Source: Pseudomonadota bacterium
GTDB lineage: Bacteria > Pseudomonadota > Gammaproteobacteria > GCA-002705445 > GCA-002716945
NCBI GenBank assembly: GCA_036163455.1
Contig: JAYZKL010000018.1
Span: forward strand, 3,595 to 67,594
DNA: 64,000 bases
Reading direction: 5' to 3'
Position numbers and translations under genes: made by a program. Shown piece after piece: positions 17,990 through 27,249 of this stretch (the stretch's first letter is position 1; each line of letters begins with the position of its first letter). Under the pieces are notes generated by a model, which searched no databases, was not told where the DNA came from, and saw only the letters and a list, made by a program, of their open reading frames with translations.

Positions 17990-18933
17990 ATGATTTAGCT
18001 AAACATATACCAGTTATGCAAAATGAGGCACTAAATGCTCTAAACATACAAGAAGCTGGCATTTATGTTGATGCTACTTTTGGTTTTGGTGGACACTCAC
18101 AAGCCATATTAAATAAATTAAGTACAAGAGGAAGGCTTTATGCAATAGACAAAGATCCATCAACAATAAAAACCAATCAAACAGAATTTTTAGAAGATAC
18201 AAGGTTTACCCTGAAACATGGATGTTTCTCCTCTCTAGAATCCCTTTCAAAAGAGTGGGGAATCTATGGTTCAGTAAACGGTATATTATTTGACCTTGGT
18301 GTTTCAACTGAACATTTAGAAAACCCTAAAAGAGGATTCAGTTTTTTGAGGAAAGGGCCAATTGATATGCGGTTTGATCAGAGTTCAGGTGATTCTGCTA
18401 GTGATTGGCTTGCTACCGCAAGCGAAAGTACGTTAGCTACAATAATCAAAAAATATGGTGACGAACGTTATGCTAAAAGAATAGCAAAAGGTATTGTTAA
18501 GCAGAGGGTGACAGAAAAAATTAGTACTACTGCAGATTTAGTAAATATAATTAATAAATCTATACCAAAAAATGAAACAAAAAAACATAATGCAACACGT
18601 ACATTCCAAGCGATAAGAATACACATAAATCAAGAACTAGAAGTGCTTAGAAGGGCACTGGAAAAAACATATAATATTTTAGCTCCAAAAGGAAGATTAG
18701 TATTAATAACTTATCACTCGTTAGAAGAACGCTTAATAAAAGATTTTATAACTCATACAGATAAAAGTTTATCGGCGCCAAGAGACCTTCCTTTAAGTGA
18801 AAAGTTCCTGACAAAAATGTATAAAATAATAGCCAAGCCAATTAAACCAACATATGAAGAAATTAAAATTAATAAGAAATCTAGGTCAGCAAAATTAAAT
18901 ATTCTGGAGAAGTATAATGAGAATCATAGTTAA
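17986..18933 (+). CDS. rsmH: 16S rRNA (cytosine1402-N4)-methyltransferase
   Basis: HIPVM, YVDATFGFGGHS, FDLGVSxxQL and AIRIxxNxEL motifs of RsmH/MraW. Confidence 0.9.
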   Translation: MNDLAKHIPVMQNEALNALNIQEAGIYVDATFGFGGHSQAILNKLSTRGRLYAIDKDPSTIKTNQTEFLEDTRFTLKHGCFSSLESLSKEWGIYGSVNGILFDLGVSTEHLENPKRGFSFLRKGPIDMRFDQSSGDSASDWLATASESTLATIIKKYGDERYAKRIAKGIVKQRVTEKISTTADLVNIINKSIPKNETKKHNATRTFQAIRIHINQELEVLRRALEKTYNILAPKGRLVLITYHSLEERLIKDFITHTDKSLSAPRDLPLSEKFLTKMYKIIAKPIKPTYEEIKINKKSRSAKLNILEKYNENHS

Positions 18934-19186
18934 TATAACTATCTTATTTGTTATAGCTTTTTCATCTTTCTTAGTTATATATGTTAAGCATCAAAATAGA
19001 ATTATGAATATACAAATTGAGAGCGTAGAAAAGCAATTATCAATAAAAATTAATCAATATAAAGAATTGCTAAATGTTAAAACCACTCTATTGGAAAAAG
19101 AATTAATGAAAGAAGGTTTCAAAAAGAGTTTGGGTATGGATATACCTTCAAAGAATAGAATTATTTATTTAGATTTAGCTGAGTAG
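18917..19186 (+). CDS. ftsL: Cell division protein FtsL
   Basis: 89-aa bitopic protein with an N-terminal TM helix and a coiled-coil, sitting in the canonical position after rsmH. Confidence 0.7.
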   Translation: MRIIVNITILFVIAFSSFLVIYVKHQNRIMNIQIESVEKQLSIKINQYKELLNVKTTLLEKELMKEGFKKSLGMDIPSKNRIIYLDLAE

Positions 19187-19202
19187 GCTGGAGGTTAGTA
19201 AT

Positions 19203-20351
19203 ATGTTTGAGTTAATTGAAAATTATAGCCAGAATGCAGTGATTAAAGTCATTGGCGTTGGTGGCGGTGGCGGAAATGCTGTTCAATCAATGTTAGAGTC
19301 GAAGATTCATGGTGCTGAATTTATAGTAGCCAATACAGACGCTCAAGCATTGAATGACATAAAAGGAGCCACGACAGTACAATTAGGATCTGAAATTACA
19401 AAGGGACTTGGAGCAGGTGCTGATCCAGAAATAGGCAAACAAGCCGCAGAAGAAGATAGAGACAAAATACAAGATGCTATTCAAGGAGCTGATATGTTAT
19501 TTATTGCTGCTGGGATGGGAGGTGGTACTGGAACAGGTGCTGCGCCTGTTATAGCACAATGCGCACATGACATGGGCATCCTTACCGTTGCAGTAGTGAC
19601 AAAACCATTTGAATGGGAAGGAGTTGAAAGAAGACAACATGCTGATGATGGCATAGCAAAACTAGAGGATTGGGTTGATTCTCTAATTATTCTTCCAAAT
19701 TCTAAACTAGAAGAAGTATTTGGAACTGATGCACCAATTTTTGATGCATTCGGCCAAGCAAATGATGCTCTTCGAGGTGCAGTTAAAGGGATTGCTGAAA
19801 TAATAACCATCAGAGGCTTAATTAATGTTGATTTTGCAGATGTTAAAACTGTAATGTCAGGTAAAGGTAAAGCCATGATGGGCTCAGGTGTAGCAAGAGG
19901 CGAAGGTCGTTCAGAAGAAGCAGTGAAATTGGCTCTTAGTAGTCCATTACTAGAGAATATTGATCTACATGGAGCTAGTGGAGTGCTTGTTAATATAACT
20001 GCAGGTTCAGACTTATCTGTAAGTGAATATAATAGTATTGGAAACACTATTAAAGATATCGCGGCAGATGATGCGACAATCATTACAGGTTGTATTAAAG
20101 AAGAAGACGCAAGTGGTGAACTTAGAGTTACTATCATCGCGACTGGTTTTGATGAAAGTAAAGCATCTGATGAATCTGCTTTAGCTTCAACAACAGAAGA
20201 GAAACAATTAGAAAATCAGGTGATGCCATTAAGACCGGCTCAAGGAACTATGTTTGAAGATAAATCACCACAACTTTCAGATGAAAATTCTGAAAGTAAA
20301 GATGGAGATGATTTAGACATTCCTGCTTTTTTAAGGCAACAAGCTGATTAG
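19203..20351 (+). CDS. ftsZ: Cell division GTPase FtsZ
   Basis: Tubulin signature GGGTGTG, IKVIGVGGGGGNAV, and the conserved C-terminal peptide DIPAFLRQQAD. GGAGG SD upstream. The location between ftsL and ftsI is atypical. Confidence 0.95.
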   Translation: MFELIENYSQNAVIKVIGVGGGGGNAVQSMLESKIHGAEFIVANTDAQALNDIKGATTVQLGSEITKGLGAGADPEIGKQAAEEDRDKIQDAIQGADMLFIAAGMGGGTGTGAAPVIAQCAHDMGILTVAVVTKPFEWEGVERRQHADDGIAKLEDWVDSLIILPNSKLEEVFGTDAPIFDAFGQANDALRGAVKGIAEIITIRGLINVDFADVKTVMSGKGKAMMGSGVARGEGRSEEAVKLALSSPLLENIDLHGASGVLVNITAGSDLSVSEYNSIGNTIKDIAADDATIITGCIKEEDASGELRVTIIATGFDESKASDESALASTTEEKQLENQVMPLRPAQGTMFEDKSPQLSDENSESKDGDDLDIPAFLRQQAD

Positions 20352-20354
20352 AAA

Positions 20355-22094
20355 ATCATAGACAACAGCAGACAAAGCGCATGGCGGCAATATTTCATTT
20401 ACCTTATTGCCGCCGTTTTTTTTGTATTTATAATTACAAGAGTAATATTACTTCAAGTTTTTGATACTGACTGTTTTATTTTAAATAAAGATAAATGTAA
20501 AAATAATCTGAGCTCAGTTGCTGATAAGCGCCAAATTGTTGAAAGAGTAATTGATACAAGTCGTGGAACAATATTTGATAGAAATAAAGAAATTCTAGCA
20601 ATGAGTTTACCAAGAAATACATTATGCATAAACCCATATATGTTACATAAATTATCTAAAAAAGAGATAAATAGATATAAACAATTTCTAGAGTTGATTA
20701 AAACAGATAATAATAAATTTATAAAATTAATCAATAAATATAAACAGAGAAAAGAATTTTATCTTAAAAGAAAAATAAATGATGAGTTAGCTTCAAAAAT
20801 TAGTAAATTAGATTTACCTTTTGTATATTTTATAAAAGAATATCATCGTGTATATCTTGGTGGTGAGGCTTTTTCAAACATAATAGGTTTCACTAATATC
20901 GATGATATTGGTCAAGAGGGAATAGAATTATCAAAAAATGAATTACTCATTTCAAAAAAAGGCTTAAAAAAGATAAAAAAAGATAATTTAGGCAGATCAA
21001 TACAAACTCTTGAAATTGTTAAACAACCAATATCAGGAAAAGATATTTTCTTATCTTTGGATAAAAATATCCAGATAATTGGATATAATATTTTAAAAAA
21101 ATATGTTGAAAGATTCTCTGCAGATAGCGCATCCTTAATTCTTGTCAAAAATCAAACTGGAGAAATTATTTCTATGGTAAATTATCCATCATTTAATCCT
21201 GAATCTCGAAATCAAATGAAGGGTATTAACATAAAAAATAGAGTAGCTACAGAAGTTTTTGAGCCTGGGTCGACAATAAAACCTTTTATAATTCTTTCTG
21301 CTTTAAATACAAATACCATTGGTCTAGATGATTTTGTAGATACTACTCCAGGTATAATCAAAATTGGTGATAAGAAAATTAAGGATCCACGTAATTATGG
21401 GAGACTCACACTATCACAAATTATTGAAAAATCTAGTAATGTAGGAGCTGTTTTAGTATCCAGGAGTTTAAATAAAAAAGATTTATGGAACACTCTAACA
21501 TCTTTGCAGTTTGGACAGAATTTATATACGGGTTTTTCTGGAGAGCAATTTGGTGAACTTAATCATCATTCTCAATGGAAATCAGTCAATCAAGAAACTA
21601 TGGCGTATGGTTATGGAATTTCTACAACTCTTCTTCATTTATCAAGCGCATACTCTATTCTTGCAAATCATGGAAAGTCTATACAACTAACCTATCAGAA
21701 AGTTGAAAATGATGATGAAATCTATCAGGAAGATGTTATTGATCCAATATTATCAAAAGAGATATTAAAAATGATGATGCAAGTAGTTAAGAAAGGAACA
21801 GGTACCAAAGCATCCTTAGATAAGTATACGGTTGCTGGCAAGACAGGAACAGTTCAAATCTTAAAGGAACAAGGCTATACATCAGAAGAGCACAACACAT
21901 TATTTATAGGAGTAGTGCCAGCTACTAATCCACAGTATGTTGCTGCTATAATAGTCAGGAAGCCTGACCCAGGAAAAGGTAAGGCATCTGGTGGAAAAAA
22001 TGCTGCTCCAATTTTTAAAGAATTTATGAGTCAATCACTAAATCTTTTGAAGGTGTACCCAGATAAAAAAATAGTGAAAAATGAAAGAAAATAA
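20355..22094 (+). CDS. ftsI: Peptidoglycan D,D-transpeptidase FtsI (PBP3); start codon uncertain/non-canonical
   Basis: The track ORF starts at ATG 20601. However the conserved FtsI N-terminus (AWRQYFIYLIAAVFFVFIITRVILLQV...SRGTIFDRNKEILAMSLP, aligning to E. coli SWRFALL...GRVAWLQV...SRGMITDRSGRPLAVSVP) is encoded in frame upstream with no ATG/GTG/TTG. The frame is open back to the ftsZ TAG at 20349-20351. Candidate starts are ATC 20355 and ATA 20358. SxxK, SSN and KTGT transpeptidase motifs are present. Confidence 0.8.
   Translation: MIDNSRQSAWRQYFIYLIAAVFFVFIITRVILLQVFDTDCFILNKDKCKNNLSSVADKRQIVERVIDTSRGTIFDRNKEILAMSLPRNTLCINPYMLHKLSKKEINRYKQFLELIKTDNNKFIKLINKYKQRKEFYLKRKINDELASKISKLDLPFVYFIKEYHRVYLGGEAFSNIIGFTNIDDIGQEGIELSKNELLISKKGLKKIKKDNLGRSIQTLEIVKQPISGKDIFLSLDKNIQIIGYNILKKYVERFSADSASLILVKNQTGEIISMVNYPSFNPESRNQMKGINIKNRVATEVFEPGSTIKPFIILSALNTNTIGLDDFVDTTPGIIKIGDKKIKDPRNYGRLTLSQIIEKSSNVGAVLVSRSLNKKDLWNTLTSLQFGQNLYTGFSGEQFGELNHHSQWKSVNQETMAYGYGISTTLLHLSSAYSILANHGKSIQLTYQKVENDDEIYQEDVIDPILSKEILKMMMQVVKKGTGTKASLDKYTVAGKTGTVQILKEQGYTSEEHNTLFIGVVPATNPQYVAAIIVRKPDPGKGKASGGKNAAPIFKEFMSQSLNLLKVYPDKKIVKNERK
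20383..20423 (+). terminator. Intrinsic-terminator-like GC-rich hairpin plus T8, immediately after ftsZ and inside the ftsI 5' coding region
   Basis: GGCGGCAATA (20383-20392), 12-nt loop, TATTGCCGCC (20405-20414), G, TTTTTTTT (20416-20423). It encodes YLIAAVFF of the FtsI TM helix. Confidence 0.5.
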
Positions 22095-23490
22095 TAAAAA
22101 TATTGATCAAATATTAAATTTTGTAAGAAATAATTTATCTGGCAATTTAGATATTGATAAAGCTTTGGCATGGAATAGTAAAGTAATTAAAAAGGGACAG
22201 ATTTTTGTTTCTGTTAAAACTAAATTAGAAAAAAGATATAATTACATTAAAGAAGCATTAAGTAGAGGGGCAAAAGCTATCATTTCTGATGTGCAACTTA
22301 AAAATAATTCTGAATTAAAAAATATACCAGTTTTATATTGTAAGTATTTAAAGGATAATCATAATAAATTTCTTAATCATATATATAAGAATCCATTAAG
22401 CAATATTAAAGTAATCGGAGTAACTGGAACTGATGGAAAGACATCGCAATTACATTTACTTGCACAAAGCTTATCTCTTAGTGGAAAAAAAATAGGTGTT
22501 ATATCAAGTGAAGGCAATGGTATTTATCCAAGATTAAAGAAATCAAATTATACAACACCAAGTTTTGATATTTTATTTAAGTATTTTAAAAAATTTAGCA
22601 TATCTAAAGTTAATATAGTATTAATAGAATGTTCATCTCAAGGAATACAGCAAGGGAGGGTAGATGATATTAAATTTGACTTAAGCATCTTAACTAATAT
22701 TAACAAAGACCATATTGATTATCATGGATCATTTAAGAATTATATAGCATCAAAAATGAAATTATTAAATATGACTAAAAGACATATCTTTATTAATAAA
22801 GATTGCATTACAACTAAGAAAAATATGAAATTAATCACCACAAAAGCTCATAAACACTTCTTTAATTATGACCTCAACTTAAAAGAAAAATTTACAACTA
22901 TCAAATTATTAGGTACTGTTTCCGATTATTACAATATTTGTGTTATCCAAAAAATTCTTTTGCTTCAAAAGATATCAGATAAAAGAATCTGTCAAATTAT
23001 TAGTCAACTTAAACCCATTGTCGGTAGAAATCAATTTGTAAGAACAAAAAATAAAGGAACATATGTTATTGATTATGCTCATACACCAAGCTCACTATCT
23101 AATTTGTTGAGAACCACAAACTTCTTTTCTATAGTCAACAATGGTAAGCTAATCACTGTTTTTGGTTGTGGAGGAGATAGAGACGTATGGAAAAGACAAG
23201 CAATGGGAAATGTATCGTCGAAATTCTCTAATCATATAATTTTAACAGATGATAATCCAAGAAATGAGGATTCAATGAAGATAATTAATGATATAAAAAA
23301 AGGAGTAAATCAAAAAATAAGCCTTTCAATTATACCTTCCAGAAAAAAAGCAATTAAAAAGGCTGTTTCAATTGCAAAAAAAAATGATTTTATTGTAATA
23401 GCAGGAAAAGGAAATGAAAACGAGATTAAATATAAGAAAAATATTATTAAACATAATGATTTTAAGGTACTGAAGGCGATTTTAAAATGA
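22081..23490 (+). CDS. murE: UDP-N-acetylmuramoyl-L-alanyl-D-glutamate--2,6-diaminopimelate ligase
   Basis: Mur ligase motifs (GVTGTDGKT, DNPRNED) and dcw position. Confidence 0.85.
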   Translation: MKENNKNIDQILNFVRNNLSGNLDIDKALAWNSKVIKKGQIFVSVKTKLEKRYNYIKEALSRGAKAIISDVQLKNNSELKNIPVLYCKYLKDNHNKFLNHIYKNPLSNIKVIGVTGTDGKTSQLHLLAQSLSLSGKKIGVISSEGNGIYPRLKKSNYTTPSFDILFKYFKKFSISKVNIVLIECSSQGIQQGRVDDIKFDLSILTNINKDHIDYHGSFKNYIASKMKLLNMTKRHIFINKDCITTKKNMKLITTKAHKHFFNYDLNLKEKFTTIKLLGTVSDYYNICVIQKILLLQKISDKRICQIISQLKPIVGRNQFVRTKNKGTYVIDYAHTPSSLSNLLRTTNFFSIVNNGKLITVFGCGGDRDVWKRQAMGNVSSKFSNHIILTDDNPRNEDSMKIINDIKKGVNQKISLSIIPSRKKAIKKAVSIAKKNDFIVIAGKGNENEIKYKKNIIKHNDFKVLKAILK

Positions 23491-24821
23491 ATGGAAACTT
23501 ATCACAATTAGAAGTAATTTTAAATGCAACAACAGACAGCCCAAATATTAAATTTGATGGAATTTCAATTGATTCAAGAAAAATAAAAAAAGGAAATATT
23601 TTTATTGCGATTAAGGGAGAAAATTTTAATGGCCATGACTTTATTAATGACGCTGTAACCAACGGATCTTCAGCAATTATTACTGAAAAACCATGTGATA
23701 ATATTCCACACCTATTAGTCAAAGATACAACTATAGCTTTGGGTAAAATTGCAAATTATCATATCAACAACATAAAACCTTTAACAATAGGAATAACAGG
23801 AACTAATGGAAAAACAACCACAACAAACTTGATAGGTTCGATGCTTACAAAATTTAAAAGCACTTTAATTAGTTTTGGAAATTATAATAATCAGATTGGG
23901 CTCCCATTATCAATATTAAAAATGAATAATAATCATAAAATGTGTGTACTAGAAATGGGTGCAAGCAGAAAAGGTGATATTGATTATTTGACATCTATTT
24001 CTTTGCCTAAAATTGTTGCACTTTTAAACGTATCATCTGCACATTTAGAAAGTTTTAAAGATATTGAGAATATTCGTCTAACTAAAGAAGAAATTTTCTA
24101 TGATCAAGGATATAAAAAGATTGTAATCCTAAATAAAGATGATGAAAATTATTCACGATGGGCTGAATTAGTTAAAATGCATCAAATTAGAACTATCTCT
24201 AAAAATCAAATTGCAGACTATTATATTGAAAATAAAAACAATAATTTGCTAAACATAAGAATTCCAAAAGATCAGTCATTTCAGCTAAAAATAAATGACC
24301 ATCATCAGCAACATATTGACAATATCCTTTTTGCAATTGCTTGCTCCTATGAAGCAGGAGCTTCCATAGAAAATATTATTGCTGGTTATCATGATTTTAA
24401 TGGAGTTCAGGGTAGGTTTTATATTAATAAAGGTATCAATGGATCAAAGATTATCGATGATTCATATAATGCGAATCCCTCTTCCATGAAATTATCTTTA
24501 ACATCATTAGTTTCAATGGAAGGAATTCCATGGTTTGTCATGGGAGATATGGGTGAGCTAGGGTCGGAATCTAAAAAATTTCATAAAGAAGTAGTGCAGT
24601 ATGCAAAGAAAATTGGAGTCAGAAAACTTTTTTATATGGGTGCTTATAAGGACATAGTTATAAAAAATTTTGGAGATAATTCTTTTTACTTTGCTGATAA
24701 GTCGGAACTTATTAAATATATACAAAATATTATCACTGAAGATGTTAATATTTTAGTTAAAGCCTCTAGATTTATGGAATTTGAGACTATTGTTAGTGAA
24801 TTAACACTCAGAAAAGCTTAA
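23487..24821 (+). CDS. murF: UDP-N-acetylmuramoyl-tripeptide--D-alanyl-D-alanine ligase
   Basis: GITGTNGKTTT P-loop, Mur ligase family, dcw position. Confidence 0.85.
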   Translation: MNGNLSQLEVILNATTDSPNIKFDGISIDSRKIKKGNIFIAIKGENFNGHDFINDAVTNGSSAIITEKPCDNIPHLLVKDTTIALGKIANYHINNIKPLTIGITGTNGKTTTTNLIGSMLTKFKSTLISFGNYNNQIGLPLSILKMNNNHKMCVLEMGASRKGDIDYLTSISLPKIVALLNVSSAHLESFKDIENIRLTKEEIFYDQGYKKIVILNKDDENYSRWAELVKMHQIRTISKNQIADYYIENKNNNLLNIRIPKDQSFQLKINDHHQQHIDNILFAIACSYEAGASIENIIAGYHDFNGVQGRFYINKGINGSKIIDDSYNANPSSMKLSLTSLVSMEGIPWFVMGDMGELGSESKKFHKEVVQYAKKIGVRKLFYMGAYKDIVIKNFGDNSFYFADKSELIKYIQNIITEDVNILVKASRFMEFETIVSELTLRKA

Positions 24822-24833
24822 ACTTACTTAACT

Positions 24834-25934
24834 ATGTTAATTTATTTTTTTGATTATCTCTCTCAGTATTACTCGGGCTTCAATGTTTTCCAATATCTTA
24901 CTTTAAGAATAATTCTTGCTGCCCTTACAGCCTTATTTACTTCTTTGATATTAAGCCCCTATATAATTAAAAAGCTTTTAGAAAATCAAATGTATCAAAC
25001 AATCAGAACTGATGGACCTGAATCACATATTGAGACTAAATCTAAAACACCATCTATGGGAGGAGTAATAATTCTTATTTCGATAGTGATTAGTACTTTA
25101 TTGTGGGCAGATATTTATAATAAAAATATATGGATCCTTTTATCTATTTTAATAAGCTTTGGCATTATTGGATTCTATGATGACTATAAGAAATTTGTTT
25201 ATTCGGACAGTAAAGGCTTAAGTGGCAAAACAAAATTATTCTTTCAGATTATTTTTGCCACTATAGTTCTGGTATTTATGTATGCGAACATACAAGACAA
25301 TTTAGAATTAACTTTAATTTTGCCATTCATAAAAACATTTTCTCTATATTTGGGCTGGATATTTATACCATGGAGTATTTTTATTATTGTAGGTTCTAGC
25401 AATGCTGTTAACCTCACTGATGGTCTTGATGGTTTAGCAATTTTACCTTGCATTTTAATTGCATCAGCATTTGTAGTATTTGCATATGTAGAAGGAAATG
25501 CAAATATAGCAAATTATTTACTTATACCATATTTGCCTCATGTTTCAGAGATTGCAATTTTTTCAAGTGCAATTGTTGGTTCAGGTTTGGGTTTTTTATG
25601 GTATAACTCTTACCCCGCAGATATATTTATGGGAGACGTAGGTTCTTTATCACTTGGTGCAGCACTCGGCACGATAGCTGTCTTGCTTAGGCAAGAAATT
25701 GCATTTGCTATAATGAGCGGAGTTTTTGTCGCGGAGGTTCTTTCGGTTATTATTCAAGTGGCTTATTTTAAGTTAACTGGAAAAAGAGTTTTCTTAATGT
25801 CACCATTACACCACCATTTTGAGTATAAGTGGGCAAAGATTTATAAAAACCCAGAGCCAAAAATTATTGTACGGTTTTGGATTGTGACCTTCATTCTTGT
25901 GCTTATTGCATTGTCATCTCTTAAAATTAGGTAA
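24834..25934 (+). CDS. mraY: Phospho-N-acetylmuramoyl-pentapeptide transferase
   Basis: Polytopic membrane protein with NLTDGLDGLA and MGDVGS motifs. Confidence 0.9.
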   Translation: MLIYFFDYLSQYYSGFNVFQYLTLRIILAALTALFTSLILSPYIIKKLLENQMYQTIRTDGPESHIETKSKTPSMGGVIILISIVISTLLWADIYNKNIWILLSILISFGIIGFYDDYKKFVYSDSKGLSGKTKLFFQIIFATIVLVFMYANIQDNLELTLILPFIKTFSLYLGWIFIPWSIFIIVGSSNAVNLTDGLDGLAILPCILIASAFVVFAYVEGNANIANYLLIPYLPHVSEIAIFSSAIVGSGLGFLWYNSYPADIFMGDVGSLSLGAALGTIAVLLRQEIAFAIMSGVFVAEVLSVIIQVAYFKLTGKRVFLMSPLHHHFEYKWAKIYKNPEPKIIVRFWIVTFILVLIALSSLKIR

Positions 25935-25938
25935 AATA

Positions 25939-27249
25939 GTGGCTAAGAAAAAATTAGTGTTAGGAATGGGTAAGACTGGCATCTCTTGTATAAATTTTTT
26001 AAATAAAAAAGATATAGGTTTTAAGGTATTTGATACGAGAGAAAAACAATTTATAGATATTTCTAACTGTGACGGCCAAAACTTTTTGAACTATAGGTTT
26101 TGTGATTTTGAAGATGATTTTTTGGAAGATATAGATGAGGCTATTATAAGCCCTGGATTAAATTTAGAACATAAAATAATAAATAGGATTAGGGCACTTT
26201 CAATTCCTATCATAACTGACATAGAGTTATGGAGTAGATATTCAGACACTCCTATCATAGCTGTTACAGGTACGAATGGTAAAACCACTACAGTTAGCAT
26301 GTTAGAGCACCTATTAAATAATCTGAAAATTGATTCATTGGCATGTGGAAATAATGGTATCCCAATTTTAGAGTCATTGAATAAGCAATATGAGTATTTG
26401 ATTGTAGAACTATCTAGTTATCAATTAGAAAATATCAACAATATTAAAACATTGGCAAGTTTAATAACTAATGTCGAAGAAGATCATTTAGAGAGACACA
26501 AAGAGTATCAAAATTATTTATCAATAAAAAAAAGAATATTTATGGATTGCGAGTATGCACTCTGCAATATAAATCTAAAAAATAGTATGGGCGATATACA
26601 AAATTGTAAATTTTTTGGCATTGAGAAAAATAAAAATAACTTTATTATTAATAATAGATATAATACAAAACTACTTCTCAGAGATGAAAATGTAATTTAT
26701 GGTGATTTAAAAATCCCTTTTAAAGGACTTCATAATATTAATAACTTACTTGCTGTTCTATCTGTAGCAGATTATTTAGGTATCAAAATTGATAAGTCTC
26801 TCCAAATTTTATCAACTTTTATTTATCCAGATCATAGAATCCAATTCATAAAAAAGAATAGAGATATACTTTGGTATAATGATTCAAAATCAACAAATGT
26901 TTCTTCTACTATTGCGGCATTAGAATATACCAAAAAAAATACTTTATTAATTTTAGGTGGATCAGAAAAATCTTTAGATTATCAAAAATTAAATCCATAT
27001 ATTAAAGAAAAAGTTAAAATGTTAATTTTTATAGGAGAGAATCGTAATTTAATAAAAAATCATTTAAAAACAAATATACCAATGATAGATGCAAGATCTA
27101 TTTCAGATGCTGTAGCAATAGCTGATAGAAATGCATTATCAGGTGATACAGTTTTGTTGTCACCAGCTAGCCCTAGTTTTGATATGTTTGTTAACTATGA
27201 AGAACGTGGTATAGAATTTATAAAAGCGGTTAATAATATTGTTAAGTGA
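25939..27249 (+). CDS. murD: UDP-N-acetylmuramoylalanine--D-glutamate ligase
   Basis: LVLGMGKTG N-terminal Rossmann motif and GTNGKTTT. I propose a GTG start at 25939, 4 nt after the mraY stop, rather than the track ATG at 25897 inside mraY. Confidence 0.8.
   Translation: MAKKKLVLGMGKTGISCINFLNKKDIGFKVFDTREKQFIDISNCDGQNFLNYRFCDFEDDFLEDIDEAIISPGLNLEHKIINRIRALSIPIITDIELWSRYSDTPIIAVTGTNGKTTTVSMLEHLLNNLKIDSLACGNNGIPILESLNKQYEYLIVELSSYQLENINNIKTLASLITNVEEDHLERHKEYQNYLSIKKRIFMDCEYALCNINLKNSMGDIQNCKFFGIEKNKNNFIINNRYNTKLLLRDENVIYGDLKIPFKGLHNINNLLAVLSVADYLGIKIDKSLQILSTFIYPDHRIQFIKKNRDILWYNDSKSTNVSSTIAALEYTKKNTLLILGGSEKSLDYQKLNPYIKEKVKMLIFIGENRNLIKNHLKTNIPMIDARSISDAVAIADRNALSGDTVLLSPASPSFDMFVNYEERGIEFIKAVNNIVK

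Noticed and set aside
19481-20137. 218-aa minus-strand ORF rich in Ala/Ser/Pro
   Set aside because: It lies entirely antisense to the well-supported ftsZ gene. It is a shadow ORF created by the Gly/Ala-rich GC-biased codons of ftsZ.
20380-20460. ATG at 20380 in the +1 frame as a candidate ftsI start
   Set aside because: That frame encodes MAAIFHLPYCRRFFCIYNYKSNITSSF and stops after 27 codons. The conserved W-R and TM helix of FtsI are in the ftsZ/ftsI frame. So this would need a frameshift that other evidence does not require.
25897-25938. ATG at 25897 as the murD start (38-nt overlap into mraY)
   Set aside because: The added residues (MCLLHCHLLKLGKI) are not MurD-like. GTG at 25939 sits just after the mraY stop with an AGGT SD and precedes the conserved N-terminal glycine-rich motif.
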